Positions 17,424 to 28,393 of a stretch of 64,000 bases of DNA are shown one piece after another (the first letter of the stretch is position 1; each line of letters opens with the position of its first letter). The notes beneath the pieces are model-generated. The model was given only the letters and a program-made list of their open reading frames with translations, searched no databases and was not told the DNA's origin. The translations under genes were made by a program, and so were the position numbers. Source of the stretch: Lachnospiraceae bacterium (GTDB taxonomy: Bacteria > Bacillota > Clostridia > Lachnospirales > Lachnospiraceae); contig JALEPU010000057.1 of NCBI GenBank assembly GCA_022766905.1, forward strand, positions 719 through 64,718. The letters run 5' to 3'.

Positions 17424-19289
17424 TTATTCATGTGTAATCTCCTCTTTCATCAAATTGGCATCCAGAACTTTTTTTGAAGTTTCAATCAAAAGCTTGGCCC
17501 TCTCAGAATCATCTTTCCATCCAGTCAAAGAAAGCTCTTTTCCCGTAAATAATTCTACTCTTCTTCCGCTTTCAAACGTGCCGTCTCTTCCCAGTTCATA
17601 AAAAAAATCATTTTTCATAAACGAACCTACCGGCATGTAAGTGACCGGAGCATAAAATCCATCTTCCCGAGCCAGGTTTACCAAATCGCTGCCGAAAATA
17701 TAATCCTGTTTCACAGACAGGTCCATCAGATTCGCCAAAGTCGGCAAAATATCGATCTGTCCTCCTACCGTATCAATCGTTCTTGCTTCTTCCAGACCGG
17801 GAATATGAATCAAAAAAGGAATCCGCATCATTTCATCATAATCATATTCTCTGCCCAGAAGCTGTGTCATCTTTCTTTGTACCGAACCGGTCTCCTTATT
17901 CAGTCCCTGGTGGTCTCCGTAAAAAGCAATGATCGTATCTTCATAAAGCCCTGCCTCTTTTAAATACTCGATGAGCATTCCAATGGCTTCATCCGTATAC
18001 CGGACTGCCTGCATATAATGACCGGCTAAGGTTCCGTCTTCGGAAGAATCAAGTTTTAAACTGCACAGATCTTCATCCAGTTCATAAGGAATATGATTGG
18101 TCAAGGTAATCATGAAAGCAAACCATGGTTCTTCTTTTTCTTTTAAAACATCCACTGCCTGCCGAAACATCTCTTTATCGGTCAGGCCAAAACCGGATTT
18201 TTCTGTCATCTCAAGTTCTGATTCACTGTAAAAAGTCTGGATTCCCTGGTTTTTGTATGCGATATTCCGATTCCAGAATTCTTTCTCGTATCCATGGAAT
18301 GCCATGGTTTCATATCCTTCACTCCGCAAAATCCAGGGAAGCCCATTGTAAGTATTGTTCACATACATCCGATAGCACTCCCGGACAGTAGTTGGATACA
18401 AACTGTTTAAGGCAGCAAATTCAGCATCCGAGGTATTTCCTTTTCCACTGGAGGAAAATACTTTTGAAAAGTACAGACTGTTATTTTGAATCAGCTGATT
18501 GATATTCGGTGTCAGTTCCTGTCCGTTATAGGATTTTCCAATCGTCCAGGTATTTAAGGATTCCACCTGAATCAGAATCAGATTCTTCCCCTTAGCCACC
18601 CCGTGTAATTCGTCACCTTCTGCTTTTGGGACATTTTCCTGAATTATCTTTTTTATCTCATCTGTATTCACATTGGCTTTTTGAATTTCTCCTGCAACCG
18701 TCGTATAAAAATCGTTGGTATGGCAAGTCACAAATTCCAGATGATTGATCCGCATAAAATCTCCATCTAACCCATCGTTAACAGAAATCACCCCGACAAG
18801 GCCAACCATGGCCGCAAAGCAAAGGACAGTTCCGCCTTTCCACCAAATCGTTCGTCTCCATTTTCCTGAAATCCCGGCTCTTGCCTTTTGCCATTCGGCC
18901 ATAAAGGGCAGATCCAACAGAAGAATCAGACCCCAGGGAATAGACAAAGCTCCGGCCAGATTGGTTTCTGTACCTGCCGTAAATAAGCTATCTATCTGCC
19001 ATAATTGATTGATCGATACAAACTGGCCAAAATAGGCATAATAAATCGTATCAATGGTCATAACCAAAGAAAACAGACTATAAAAAATAAGGAATAGGAT
19101 ATGACTTAGTCTGGTGTCCCATCCACTTGCCAGTTCAAAAACCGTAAGAAAAAATCCCAGGGTAATCACCGGAACCCATATCCAGCTTTTCGGAAGTTCC
19201 ATCCATCTATAATAAAGGACCAGCTTCAGGACAAATACCGGAAAAGCCAGCCACCACATCTTTCTTAATTGATTCATCTTTTCTTTCAT
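17424..19289 (-). CDS. LTA synthase family protein (polytopic N-terminus + extracellular sulfatase/alkaline-phosphatase domain)
   Basis: Five N-terminal TM helices are followed by a sulfatase-like domain (LILIQVESLN, GKGNTSDAEF, YGDHQG). 621 aa. Confidence 0.8.
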   Translation of the reverse strand: MKEKMNQLRKMWWLAFPVFVLKLVLYYRWMELPKSWIWVPVITLGFFLTVFELASGWDTRLSHILFLIFYSLFSLVMTIDTIYYAYFGQFVSINQLWQIDSLFTAGTETNLAGALSIPWGLILLLDLPFMAEWQKARAGISGKWRRTIWWKGGTVLCFAAMVGLVGVISVNDGLDGDFMRINHLEFVTCHTNDFYTTVAGEIQKANVNTDEIKKIIQENVPKAEGDELHGVAKGKNLILIQVESLNTWTIGKSYNGQELTPNINQLIQNNSLYFSKVFSSSGKGNTSDAEFAALNSLYPTTVRECYRMYVNNTYNGLPWILRSEGYETMAFHGYEKEFWNRNIAYKNQGIQTFYSESELEMTEKSGFGLTDKEMFRQAVDVLKEKEEPWFAFMITLTNHIPYELDEDLCSLKLDSSEDGTLAGHYMQAVRYTDEAIGMLIEYLKEAGLYEDTIIAFYGDHQGLNKETGSVQRKMTQLLGREYDYDEMMRIPFLIHIPGLEEARTIDTVGGQIDILPTLANLMDLSVKQDYIFGSDLVNLAREDGFYAPVTYMPVGSFMKNDFFYELGRDGTFESGRRVELFTGKELSLTGWKDDSERAKLLIETSKKVLDANLMKEEITHE

Positions 19290-19291
19290 TT

Positions 19292-19334
19292 TAAAAACAA
19301 CAGGCTCCCCAAAATGGGAAGCCCTCTCCTGTTA
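19292..19334 (-). terminator. Probable rho-independent terminator after the SPFH gene
   Basis: Minus-strand RNA forms GGCUUCCC-AUUUUG-GGGAGCC (one bulge), followed by UGUUGUUUUUAAAAUG. The element directly abuts the ltaS-family start codon. Confidence 0.5.
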
Positions 19335-19337
19335 CTG

Positions 19338-20276
19338 TTATTCGGATTTTTCGTCGCTGCCTGCAATCTCTGTGACTGATTTTACAAGGCCTGCAATTCC
19401 CTGAATCTCGGATGGAATAATAATCTTGGTTGCTTTTCCATCTGCTGCCTTTCCGAATGCTTCCAGACTCTTCAGCTGAATGACAGACTGGTCTACTTTT
19501 GCCTCTTTCATAAAACGAAGACCATCTGCATTGGCCTGCTGAATCTTTAAGATTGCCTGTGCCTGACCTTCTGCTTCCCGAATAGTTGCTTCTTTCTTCG
19601 CCTCAGCACGAAGAATTGCTGATTCTTTTTCACCTTCTGCTTCCAGAATCACAGATTCTTTCTGACCTTCTGCACGAAGAATACGGGATTTCTTCTCACC
19701 TTCTGCAATCAGAATCGCTTCACGTCTTTCACGCTCTGCTTTCATCTGTTTCTCCATCGCATCCTGAATTGCTGCCGGTGGAATAATATTCTTCAGTTCG
19801 ACACGATTCACCTTAATACCCCATGGGTCTGTTGCTTCATCCAGGGTTGCTCTCATCTTCGTATTAATGGTCTCTCTGGAGGTCAAAGTCTGATCCAGTT
19901 CCAGATCACCGATAATATTACGAAGAGTGGTAGCTGTCAGATTCTCAATTGCCATAATCGGATTCTCCACACCATAAGCATAAAGCTTCGGATCTGTAAT
20001 CTGATAAAAGACAACCGTATCAATTCTCATGGTTACGTTATCTTTTGTGATAACCGGCTGTGGCGCAAAATCCACTACCTGCTCTTTTAAAATAACCTTC
20101 TTGGATACTCTGTCAATAAAAGGAACCTTTACATGAAGACCTACACTCCATGTCTGCTGATAAGCTCCCAGTCGTTCAATGACAAACGCTTCTGCCTGCG
20201 GAACAATCCGGATATTTGATGCTAACAGAAATACCACAAGCAATAACAGAATTAAGAAAATAATAATTCCTACCAT
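19338..20276 (-). CDS. SPFH/band 7 (stomatin/prohibitin-like) membrane protein
   Basis: N-terminal TM helix, an SPFH domain and a C-terminal repetitive Glu/Ala/Lys coiled coil (EGEKKSRILRAEGQKESVILEAEGEKESAILRAEAKKE). Confidence 0.85.
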   Translation of the reverse strand: MVGIIIFLILLLLVVFLLASNIRIVPQAEAFVIERLGAYQQTWSVGLHVKVPFIDRVSKKVILKEQVVDFAPQPVITKDNVTMRIDTVVFYQITDPKLYAYGVENPIMAIENLTATTLRNIIGDLELDQTLTSRETINTKMRATLDEATDPWGIKVNRVELKNIIPPAAIQDAMEKQMKAERERREAILIAEGEKKSRILRAEGQKESVILEAEGEKESAILRAEAKKEATIREAEGQAQAILKIQQANADGLRFMKEAKVDQSVIQLKSLEAFGKAADGKATKIIIPSEIQGIAGLVKSVTEIAGSDEKSE

Positions 20277-20285
20277 AACATCCTC

Positions 20286-20732
20286 CTATTTTTCTTCATT
20301 CTCATCATATGGTTCTACGATCAGTTTTACTCCCTGAATCTTAAGGATTCTGACCTTTTTGTCCTTTGGAATAGGATTCCCGTCTTCCGATCTTGCGCTC
20401 CATTCCATCCCTCTTACATGAACCTTGCCTTCCCCTTTCAGGTTATCGACCGGGGCTGTTGTCAGGCAAACTTCTCCAACAAGGCTGTCTGCATTGGTCT
20501 TCTGCGTCTTACTGTTTAAAAACTTCTGTGCCCATGGTCTGGTCAGCACCAGAAGAATCAGCGCGGTTATACCGAAAACAATAATCTGGATCCAAAGATT
20601 GACTCCAAAGAGATTCAGGAAACCTGCCAGAAGAGCACCAACAGCAAACCAGATCGTGGTTAGACCCATGGTTGCAATCTCGATCACAATCAGGATTGCT
20701 GCAATCGCAAACCAGTAGTATGCTTCAAACAT
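20286..20732 (-). CDS. NfeD-family membrane protein, partner of the SPFH protein
   Basis: Three TM helices and a C-terminal OB-fold-like domain. The NfeD-SPFH gene pairing is the classic arrangement. Confidence 0.8.
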   Translation of the reverse strand: MFEAYYWFAIAAILIVIEIATMGLTTIWFAVGALLAGFLNLFGVNLWIQIIVFGITALILLVLTRPWAQKFLNSKTQKTNADSLVGEVCLTTAPVDNLKGEGKVHVRGMEWSARSEDGNPIPKDKKVRILKIQGVKLIVEPYDENEEK

Positions 20733-20845
20733 AATCCCACTCCTTCCCTTTATTGTGCCTGATTTTCTACCTTTTATGAAGGTCGTTCAGTTATCCTCAT
20801 TATATTACATCTTTCCTACAGAAACAATAATAGAATTCTTACATT

Positions 20846-21625
20846 TTACTGTCTCTGTCTCAGGACTTCATAACTCATCAGAGTTGCAGCAATGGCTGCA
20901 TTCAAAGATTCCACCTGGCCTTTCATCGGAATCTTAATCATCTCATCCGCGGCCCTTGAAATCTCTGTTGTCAGCCCATTTCCCTCATTTCCAATCAGAA
21001 AAGCGGTCCCTTTTTTATAATCTTTTTCATAAAAATTTGTTCCGTTCAAATGAGCTGCATACACCTTTGTTCCTTTTTCCTGCAATTTTTTGATTGCCAA
21101 ATATAAATCATCCACATAGACAAAGGGAATGCGGAACAATGAGCCCATGGTGGAACGGACTACTTTTGGATTATAAATATCAACCGTATCCCGGCTCATA
21201 ATAATTCCATCCACACCGGCCCCTTCTCCGGTTCTTAAAATCGTTCCCAGGTTCCCCGGATCCTGAAGATTTTCCAGAATCAGAAACAGGGGATTTTTCT
21301 TTTCGTCCACCAGACAGTCAAACTTCCATTCTTCCATTTTTACCACAGCCAGAACTCCCTGAGGAGTTTTGGTCTCAGACAGTTTTTCAAATACATGCTG
21401 CATGGTAAGTTCAATTTGTTCGGAATCCTGATAAGGGGCAAATAACTCCCGATTTTTTTCGTAACATTCCTGGGTTACGTAGATTTTTTCCATTCGTTCC
21501 TCCGGAATCTCCCGGAACATCCGAAGCCCTTCTACCACAAACAGTCCCTGTTCCCGTCTGGTTTTGCTGCTTTTTTGAAGCTTTAATACATTCTTGATCT
21601 GCTTATTTGTTACACTCGAAATCAT
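20846..21625 (-). CDS. TrmH/SpoU-family RNA 2'-O-methyltransferase
   Basis: SpoU_methylase motifs are present (LENLQDPGNLGTILRT, FLIGNEGNG, ESLNAAIA), along with an N-terminal substrate-binding domain. Confidence 0.8.
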   Translation of the reverse strand: MISSVTNKQIKNVLKLQKSSKTRREQGLFVVEGLRMFREIPEERMEKIYVTQECYEKNRELFAPYQDSEQIELTMQHVFEKLSETKTPQGVLAVVKMEEWKFDCLVDEKKNPLFLILENLQDPGNLGTILRTGEGAGVDGIIMSRDTVDIYNPKVVRSTMGSLFRIPFVYVDDLYLAIKKLQEKGTKVYAAHLNGTNFYEKDYKKGTAFLIGNEGNGLTTEISRAADEMIKIPMKGQVESLNAAIAATLMSYEVLRQRQ

Positions 21626-21629
21626 AGTT

Positions 21630-22286
21630 TTACCTTATCTTACTTAATTTTTGAAGATCCTCATTGCGGCCGCTTAAAATAATACTCTGTCCTTCTTTCA
21701 TTCTGGCAGTAGGGCTTGGGGTTACATCCGTTTCTTCCCCATCTTTGATTGCCACTACATTCACACTGTACTGGCCTCTCAAATCCAGTTCGACGAGATT
21801 TTTTCCAATCCAGGAAGCCGGTATATTCATTTCAATCAGGCTTACATCATCGGATATCTCTACCAGATCAATAAACCGTCCCAGTACCATGTTGCGGGCG
21901 GCACTGATTCCCATTTCCTGTTCCGGAATGACAACTTTATCTGCCCCCATTTTTTCCAGAATTGTTTTGTGAATCTCATTTTCTCCTTTGGCCACAATAT
22001 AAGATGCTCCACTCTCTTTTGCCAGAAGGGTTGCCATTACACTGGCCTCCAGATTTTTTGCAATAGCGATAAACACTCCATCCATATTCCCAAGTCCCAG
22101 TGAACGGACCAGTTCCGGATCCGTCACATCTCCTCTTACCGCATAGGTGACTTCACTGGCAATATCGGAAACTTCATCCTCGGAAAGGTCCACAGCCATC
22201 ACCTGACAGCCTGCCTCCGCCAGCGTAAGCGCAACAGTTTTTCCGAAACGGCCTAATCCCAGCACCGCATAACCTTCCTGCATCAT
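21630..22286 (-). CDS. K+ uptake system peripheral subunit (KtrA/TrkA: TrkA_N + TrkA_C)
   Basis: Rossmann motif GLGRFG, 218 aa. Sits immediately downstream of the TrkH/KtrB-type membrane subunit gene. Confidence 0.85.
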   Translation of the reverse strand: MMQEGYAVLGLGRFGKTVALTLAEAGCQVMAVDLSEDEVSDIASEVTYAVRGDVTDPELVRSLGLGNMDGVFIAIAKNLEASVMATLLAKESGASYIVAKGENEIHKTILEKMGADKVVIPEQEMGISAARNMVLGRFIDLVEISDDVSLIEMNIPASWIGKNLVELDLRGQYSVNVVAIKDGEETDVTPSPTARMKEGQSIILSGRNEDLQKLSKIR

Positions 22287-22304
22287 ACTTTCTCCTCCTT
22301 TTTT

Positions 22305-23693
22305 CTATCCAACAATCACTTCTTCTTCCGGGTAATTGATACGAATCTTTTTTCTTCCTTTTTTACGGAATGCAATTACCATGGAAATCGGTCCGATTCT
22401 TCCGATATACATACAGAATATGATAATTACTTTTCCCGCCGTATGAAGGACCGCTGTAAAATCCCTACTTAAGCCCACTGTAGCCAAAGCAGATACTACT
22501 TCATACAAGATAGTCGTTAATGAACCGGCTTCCGCAATCGACATTAGCACAACCATAAAAACCATTGCTGCTGCACTGATGAAAAAGACTGCCAGAGCTT
22601 TTTTCACCGTCGATCTTGGTATAGTCCTGTGAAATACAACGGTTTCCTTTTCCCCTTTTACCACACTCATGGTACAGGCACCGATCATAGCAATCGTAGC
22701 CGTCTTGACACCTCCTGCTGTTCCTACGGGAGAACCGCCGATAAACATCAAAATTGAGCTGATCAGTGCACTGCTTTCGGTAAGTCCTGCCTGACTAACT
22801 GTCGAAAATCCTGCCGTTCTGGTCGTCACAGACTGAAAAAGGGCAGCCTGGATTTTGCCGCCCAGAGAAAGCGGCCCCAAAGTAGCTCTGTTATGATACT
22901 CTAACATAAAAATGAAAAATGCGCCGGAAAAAATCAGAATTCCGGTAGTAGTCAGGACAATTTTAGAATGAAGATTTAACTTACTAAGGCAGTTGCGAAA
23001 ACCTGTCTTTCTCCATTTTCGAACAACTTCAATGACATCCCACCAGACAAAAAAGCCGATACCCCCAACTACAATGAGTAAAATAGTAACGATATTAATC
23101 CATGGATTGGTCACATAAGCGCTTAGACTGTCTCCTCCCATTACATCCATCCCTGCATTACAAAAAGCGGAGATTGCATGGAAGATGGAAACCCAAATTC
23201 CTCTGGCCAGACCATACTCCGGAATAAAACAAAAAGCAGAAAGAATTGCTCCGCATCCTTCCACAATCAGGATTCCAAGCAAAATCTTCCTTGTCAGTCT
23301 GACCAGACCGGACAAGGAGTTCATATTATAAGATTCCTGAATCAAAAGCCTGTTTTTTAAGGTGACCTTCTTTCCCATAATCATAAGAAATAAAATCGCC
23401 AGAGCCACCACTCCGATTCCACCGATCTGAATCAGAATCAGGATTACGAGCTGGCCAAAAAAATTCCAGTATTCATAAATATTTACCAAAGAAAGTCCTG
23501 TCACGCAGACAGAAGTCGTGGACATAAATAAGGCATCCAAAAAAGGCGTCCATTGTCCCTTTCGATTCATGCAGGGCAAAGAAAGCAGCAACGTCCCGAT
23601 TAAAATAACCGTTAAAAATCCTACTGCAATCAACTGAGTACCTGTCAAACCGCTTTTTTTCACTTTGTTTTTATATTCTATCTTCATTCTCAA
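22305..23693 (-). CDS. K+ uptake system membrane subunit (TrkH/KtrB family)
   Basis: 462-aa polytopic protein with repeated pore-loop-like segments (TTSVCVTG, AFCNAGMD, TTRTAGFS, IGGSPVGTAGG). Confidence 0.85.
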   Translation of the reverse strand: MRMKIEYKNKVKKSGLTGTQLIAVGFLTVILIGTLLLSLPCMNRKGQWTPFLDALFMSTTSVCVTGLSLVNIYEYWNFFGQLVILILIQIGGIGVVALAILFLMIMGKKVTLKNRLLIQESYNMNSLSGLVRLTRKILLGILIVEGCGAILSAFCFIPEYGLARGIWVSIFHAISAFCNAGMDVMGGDSLSAYVTNPWINIVTILLIVVGGIGFFVWWDVIEVVRKWRKTGFRNCLSKLNLHSKIVLTTTGILIFSGAFFIFMLEYHNRATLGPLSLGGKIQAALFQSVTTRTAGFSTVSQAGLTESSALISSILMFIGGSPVGTAGGVKTATIAMIGACTMSVVKGEKETVVFHRTIPRSTVKKALAVFFISAAAMVFMVVLMSIAEAGSLTTILYEVVSALATVGLSRDFTAVLHTAGKVIIIFCMYIGRIGPISMVIAFRKKGRKKIRINYPEEEVIVG

Positions 23694-23798
23694 TCTCCTG
23701 ATAAGAAAAATCTCCTGATAAAGAAGAACTTCCTTATGAAAGAAAACAGGCCATCAGCGAACCAACGACCTGTATCTTTATTCTATCTTACTGATCTT

Positions 23799-24788
23799 TT
23801 ATTTGCCTAAGAGAGTTGCAACTTCAATGTCTCTTTCCGGAATATCTTTTTTCATATCCAGTGCCTCTGTAATATCGAAATCACAGAATTCTCCATGCTT
23901 ATATCCAACGACACGATTCGATTTTCCTGCTACCAGTAAATCCACTGCATAAGCACCCATCATGGAAGCATATACACGATCTTTTGCAGTTGGGTTTCCA
24001 CCACGCTGCATGTATCCGAGAATCGTTGCTCTTGTCTCAATTCCTGTTGCTGCCTCAATTCTCTTTGCCATTCCATAGGAATGTCCAATTCCTTCTGCAT
24101 TGACAATCAGGTGATGAACTTTACCTTTTGCCCTGTTCTTTAAGATGTTGTCAATCAGTCTCTGCTCCAGTTTTGGCTGGTTGCCATCATAACGTTCCGG
24201 AATCAAAATATCTTCCGCACCGGTGGCAATACCACACCAAAGTGCAATATATCCGGCTCCTCTACCCATAACCTCAATGATGCTGACACGTTCATGAGAA
24301 GTAGAAGTATCACGAATCTTATCGATTGCTTCCATTGCTGTATTGACAGCTGTATCAAAACCAATCGTATAATCGGTACATGCAATATCCAGGTCAATGG
24401 TACCAGGCATTGCTACCGTATTAATACCCTGTTCTGCCAGTCTCTTAGCACCCTGGAATGAACCGTCACCGCCGATTACAACCAGACCATCAATGCCTGC
24501 TTCTCTGCATGCTTCTGCACCTTTTTGCTGTCCTTCCAGTGTCTTAAACTCTTCACAGCGAGCTGTAAATAAAATAGTACCTCCGCGGGAAATCGTATCC
24601 GATACACTATACTTGCCCATATCAACAATCTCACCATTTAAGAGTCCGTTGTACCCCTTACGGATTCCTTTTACTTTCAAGCCCCTGTCAACTGCAGTAC
24701 GTACGACTGCTCTGATGGCTGCATTCATTGCCGGTGAATCGCCACCACTGGTTAATACGCCAATTGTCTTTACTGCGCTTTTCGCCAT
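23799..24788 (-). CDS. pfkA: ATP-dependent 6-phosphofructokinase
   Basis: IGVLTSGGDSPAMNA, GGDGS, PGTIDLD and MGR motifs. 329 aa. Confidence 0.9.
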   Translation of the reverse strand: MAKSAVKTIGVLTSGGDSPAMNAAIRAVVRTAVDRGLKVKGIRKGYNGLLNGEIVDMGKYSVSDTISRGGTILFTARCEEFKTLEGQQKGAEACREAGIDGLVVIGGDGSFQGAKRLAEQGINTVAMPGTIDLDIACTDYTIGFDTAVNTAMEAIDKIRDTSTSHERVSIIEVMGRGAGYIALWCGIATGAEDILIPERYDGNQPKLEQRLIDNILKNRAKGKVHHLIVNAEGIGHSYGMAKRIEAATGIETRATILGYMQRGGNPTAKDRVYASMMGAYAVDLLVAGKSNRVVGYKHGEFCDFDITEALDMKKDIPERDIEVATLLGK

Positions 24789-24845
24789 GTCCTTACCTCC
24801 GTAAATCTCCTAAGTTGTGATTCAATTCCTATAATCGTTTTTATT

Positions 24846-27800
24846 TTAATCTCTTTTTCCCCTTTTTTCAATAGGCTTTTCTACTACTTTTACATTGGCT
24901 TCATCAAATTTGTCATATAGTGAAAAAATTAACGAGTTATTCAGCTGAATATGGTGCATTTTGTCCAAGCGTTTTCTCGCTTTTTCCCTTCTACAGTAGA
25001 TGACCACCGGAGTTGTGCCTGAATTTTGCTCCAGAATTTCTACAAGAACACCGGATTGTATCTGATATTCTTCAATCGATGAAAATTGAATCCAAAGCTC
25101 TTTTGGCACCTGATCAAAAGGAATCACCTGCTCACAGATTAATTTTCCTTCTTCTTCCGATACGGAAGCCCTGCCGCGAATCAACAGTTTCTGATCCTCT
25201 TCCAAGTATTCCCGGTATCTGGTATAATCTCTCGGGAAAATAATGACTTCCACCGTTCCAAACAAATCTTCCAGGGAAAGAAAAGCCATATTCTGATTAT
25301 TCTTTGTCAATTTCACTGTTTTTCCGGCAACCATACCGCCAATGGTATAGGTAAGTCCATCCCTTACTTTTGCTCTCTGTGTCTCTTCATCAATGAGAAA
25401 ATCCAAAGAAGACGCTGTCGTATTTTTTTCAATCAGTCCGATATAGTCTTCCAGAGGATGTCCGCTGATATATACCCCCAGCACTTCTTTTTCAAAAGCC
25501 AGAAGTTCCTCTTTGGAATATTCACCAACGTCCGGGTATTTGACTTCAAATTCTTTTTTTTCTTCCTCTTCCAGAAAATCCATCAAAGACATCTGGCCTG
25601 TCATGGCCTCTTTTCTTTGCCGGTTTGCCTCATTTAAGATACCTGCATAAGCCTGCATCTGCTGTTTTCTTGTATAGCCAAATTCATCCAGCGCACCTGA
25701 TTTAATCAGATTTTCCAGCGTTCTTTTATTCATCTCCTTGGAAGTAAGCCGCTCGGCCAAATCCATCAGACTCTTATAAGGCCCATGGGCCCGGCGTTCC
25801 GTTACAATGGATTCAATCACAGGCTTTCCAAGACTTTTGATTGCAGAAAGTCCATATCGAATTTTTCCGCCTGATACCGAAAAACCACTTTCTCCTTCAT
25901 TGACACTTGGCGGGAGAATCTCAATACCCATCTGTCTGCAGGTATAAATATACTCAATAATCTTGTGTGGATTATTCAGCACAGAAGTCAAAAGTGCTGC
26001 CATATATTCCACCGGATAATAATATTTTAAATATGCCGTCTGGTAAGCCACTACTGCGTAAGCCGCCGCATGGGACTTGTTAAATGCATATTTGGCAAAA
26101 TCAATCATCTCATCATAAATATGATTTGCTACATGTTCCGGAATCCCTCTCTTGATACAACCGTCGATTCCCTCTTCTTCATTGCCATACACGAAATTCT
26201 GTCTTTCTTTCAGCATAACATCTGCTTTTTTCTTCGACATGGCACGACGAACAAGATCACTTCTTCCCAGTGTATAACCGGCAAGCTCCATAACGATCTG
26301 CATAACCTGTTCCTGGTATACAATGCAACCATAAGTCGGTGCCAGAATTTTCTCCAGTTCCGGACAATCATATCGAATGGATGCTTTATCATTTTTCCCC
26401 TTAATATACTTTGGAATGAAATCCATAGGGCCCGGACGGTAAAGAGAAATACCTGCAATGACATCTTCCAGGCTTTCCGGCTGAAGTTCCCGCATAAAAG
26501 ACTTCATTCCGGCACTTTCTAACTGAAATACACCTTCCGTCTTCGCCTGCGACAACATTTCATACACATTTTTATCATTATAATCAATCTTTTCAATTTC
26601 TATTACTTTTCCCGTATCTTTTTCAATGAGATGTACGGCATCCTGGATTACCGTCAGCGTACGAAGTCCTAAAAAGTCCATTTTAAGAAGGCCCAGTTCT
26701 TCGATGGTCGTCATGGTAAACTGGGTCGTAATAGCATCATCACTCCCCCTTGATAGCGGAACATATTCATCGATTGCCTCCTGACCGATCACGACTCCGG
26801 CAGCATGCATGGAAGAATGCCTCGGCAGGCCTTCCAGACGTTTTGCCATATCGATCATATGATGCATCTGGTCATCGGTCTCATATACTTTCCGCAAATC
26901 CGGATTCATGGAAAGGGCTTTGTCCAAAGTAATATGCAGATCATTCGGAACCATCTTTGCCACCGCATCTACCTGGGCATAAGGAATATCCATCACTCTT
27001 CCCACATCCCGAAGAACCGCCTTTGCCGCCATGGTTCCAAAGGTAATAATCTGAACAACTTTTTCTTTTCCATATTTTTCAACTACGTAATCAATGACCT
27101 CCTGTCTTCGTTCGAAACAGAAGTCAATATCAATATCCGGCATGGAAACACGTTCCGGATTTAAGAAACGCTCAAAGAGAAGATTATACCGAATCGGGTC
27201 AATGTTGGTAATGGTAAGACAATAGGAAACCAGGCTTCCTGCCGCAGAACCACGCCCCGGTCCGACTGCAATCCCATGCTGTCTTGCATAGTGAATAAAA
27301 TCCCATACAATCAGGAAATAATCCACATATCCCATGTTCTTAATCGTATTCAGCTCATAATAAAGCCGATCATATAACTCTTTTCCCGGATTTTCATACC
27401 GCTTCACAATGCCTTCTTCGCAAAGCTGCTTTAAATATAAAAAAGCATCTCCGCCACCCGGAACATCAAATTTTGGAACCTTTTGCTCTCCAAAAACGAT
27501 TTCCACATTACACATATCGGCAATCTTGTGTGTATTCTCAATGGCTTCTCTGGCATAAGGAAACAGCCTTTTCATCTCTTCTTCTGATTTACAGAAATAT
27601 TGTCCTCCTTCATAACGCATCCGGTTTTCATCTGCCAGTTTCTTACCGGTCTGAATACAAAGGAGAATATCATGGGCCTCTGCATCGGTATCATAAATAT
27701 AATGAATATCATTGGTCACAACAAGGGGAATCCCTGTCTCCTTAGACATGCGGAGCAGACTGTTATTTACATCTCTTTGTTCGGAAAGTCCATGATCCTG

Positions 27801-28325
27801 AAGTTCCAGATAAAACGAATCTTCTCCAAATAAATCCCGATATTTTAAGGCAGTCTTTTTGGCTTCTTCATATTGTCCCTTTCGAATCAGGGAAGGAATT
27901 TCTCCTGCCAGACAGGCAGAAAGGGCAATGATCCCTTCATGGAACTGCTCCAGTACTTCATAATCCACCCTTGGCTTATAGTAAAACCCTTCTGTAAACC
28001 CTCTGGATACAATCTTCATCAGATTATGGTATCCAAGATCATTTTTCGCCAGAAGTACCATGTGGTAATACCGATCTTCACCTTTTACACTTTCCCTGTC
28101 AAATCGGGACCCGGGAGCCACATAAATCTCACATCCGATGATCGGCTTAATCCCGGCTTCTTTGGCCGCACGATAAAAGTCAATGACTCCATACATGACT
28201 CCATGGTCCGTAATGGCAATGCTGTCCATACCCAGCTCTTTGACCCGGGCTACCAATTCTTTGATTTTACTGGAACCATCCAGCAGACTATATTCTGTAT
28301 GCACATGTAAATGGGTAAAACTCAT
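24846..28325 (-). CDS. dnaE: DNA polymerase III alpha subunit, DnaE type
   Basis: N-terminal PHP domain (FTHLHVHTEYSLLDG), polymerase core (PDIDIDF), and HhH and OB domains. 1159 aa. Confidence 0.95.
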   Translation of the reverse strand: MSFTHLHVHTEYSLLDGSSKIKELVARVKELGMDSIAITDHGVMYGVIDFYRAAKEAGIKPIIGCEIYVAPGSRFDRESVKGEDRYYHMVLLAKNDLGYHNLMKIVSRGFTEGFYYKPRVDYEVLEQFHEGIIALSACLAGEIPSLIRKGQYEEAKKTALKYRDLFGEDSFYLELQDHGLSEQRDVNNSLLRMSKETGIPLVVTNDIHYIYDTDAEAHDILLCIQTGKKLADENRMRYEGGQYFCKSEEEMKRLFPYAREAIENTHKIADMCNVEIVFGEQKVPKFDVPGGGDAFLYLKQLCEEGIVKRYENPGKELYDRLYYELNTIKNMGYVDYFLIVWDFIHYARQHGIAVGPGRGSAAGSLVSYCLTITNIDPIRYNLLFERFLNPERVSMPDIDIDFCFERRQEVIDYVVEKYGKEKVVQIITFGTMAAKAVLRDVGRVMDIPYAQVDAVAKMVPNDLHITLDKALSMNPDLRKVYETDDQMHHMIDMAKRLEGLPRHSSMHAAGVVIGQEAIDEYVPLSRGSDDAITTQFTMTTIEELGLLKMDFLGLRTLTVIQDAVHLIEKDTGKVIEIEKIDYNDKNVYEMLSQAKTEGVFQLESAGMKSFMRELQPESLEDVIAGISLYRPGPMDFIPKYIKGKNDKASIRYDCPELEKILAPTYGCIVYQEQVMQIVMELAGYTLGRSDLVRRAMSKKKADVMLKERQNFVYGNEEEGIDGCIKRGIPEHVANHIYDEMIDFAKYAFNKSHAAAYAVVAYQTAYLKYYYPVEYMAALLTSVLNNPHKIIEYIYTCRQMGIEILPPSVNEGESGFSVSGGKIRYGLSAIKSLGKPVIESIVTERRAHGPYKSLMDLAERLTSKEMNKRTLENLIKSGALDEFGYTRKQQMQAYAGILNEANRQRKEAMTGQMSLMDFLEEEEKKEFEVKYPDVGEYSKEELLAFEKEVLGVYISGHPLEDYIGLIEKNTTASSLDFLIDEETQRAKVRDGLTYTIGGMVAGKTVKLTKNNQNMAFLSLEDLFGTVEVIIFPRDYTRYREYLEEDQKLLIRGRASVSEEEGKLICEQVIPFDQVPKELWIQFSSIEEYQIQSGVLVEILEQNSGTTPVVIYCRREKARKRLDKMHHIQLNNSLIFSLYDKFDEANVKVVEKPIEKRGKRD

Positions 28326-28350
28326 CTTTCTTTTCCTCGCCTTGCGCCTT

Positions 28351-28393
28351 CAAATAAAAGAAAAGAACCGTCTTTCCGATTCCTGACGGTTCT
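28351..28393 (-). terminator. Rho-independent terminator between the small membrane-protein gene and dnaE
   Basis: Perfect 9-bp stem AGAACCGTC (28364-28372) / GACGGTTCT (28385-28393). On the minus strand it is followed by UUUCUUUUAUUU. Confidence 0.65.

Noticed and set aside
23694-23798. A possible c-di-AMP (ydaO/kimA-type) riboswitch upstream of the Ktr/Trk K+ uptake genes.
   Set aside because: The spacer is about 105 nt and is mostly occupied by a weak pfkA terminator-like hairpin (about 23741-23773). I see no sign of the roughly 130-150 nt pseudo-symmetric ydaO architecture.
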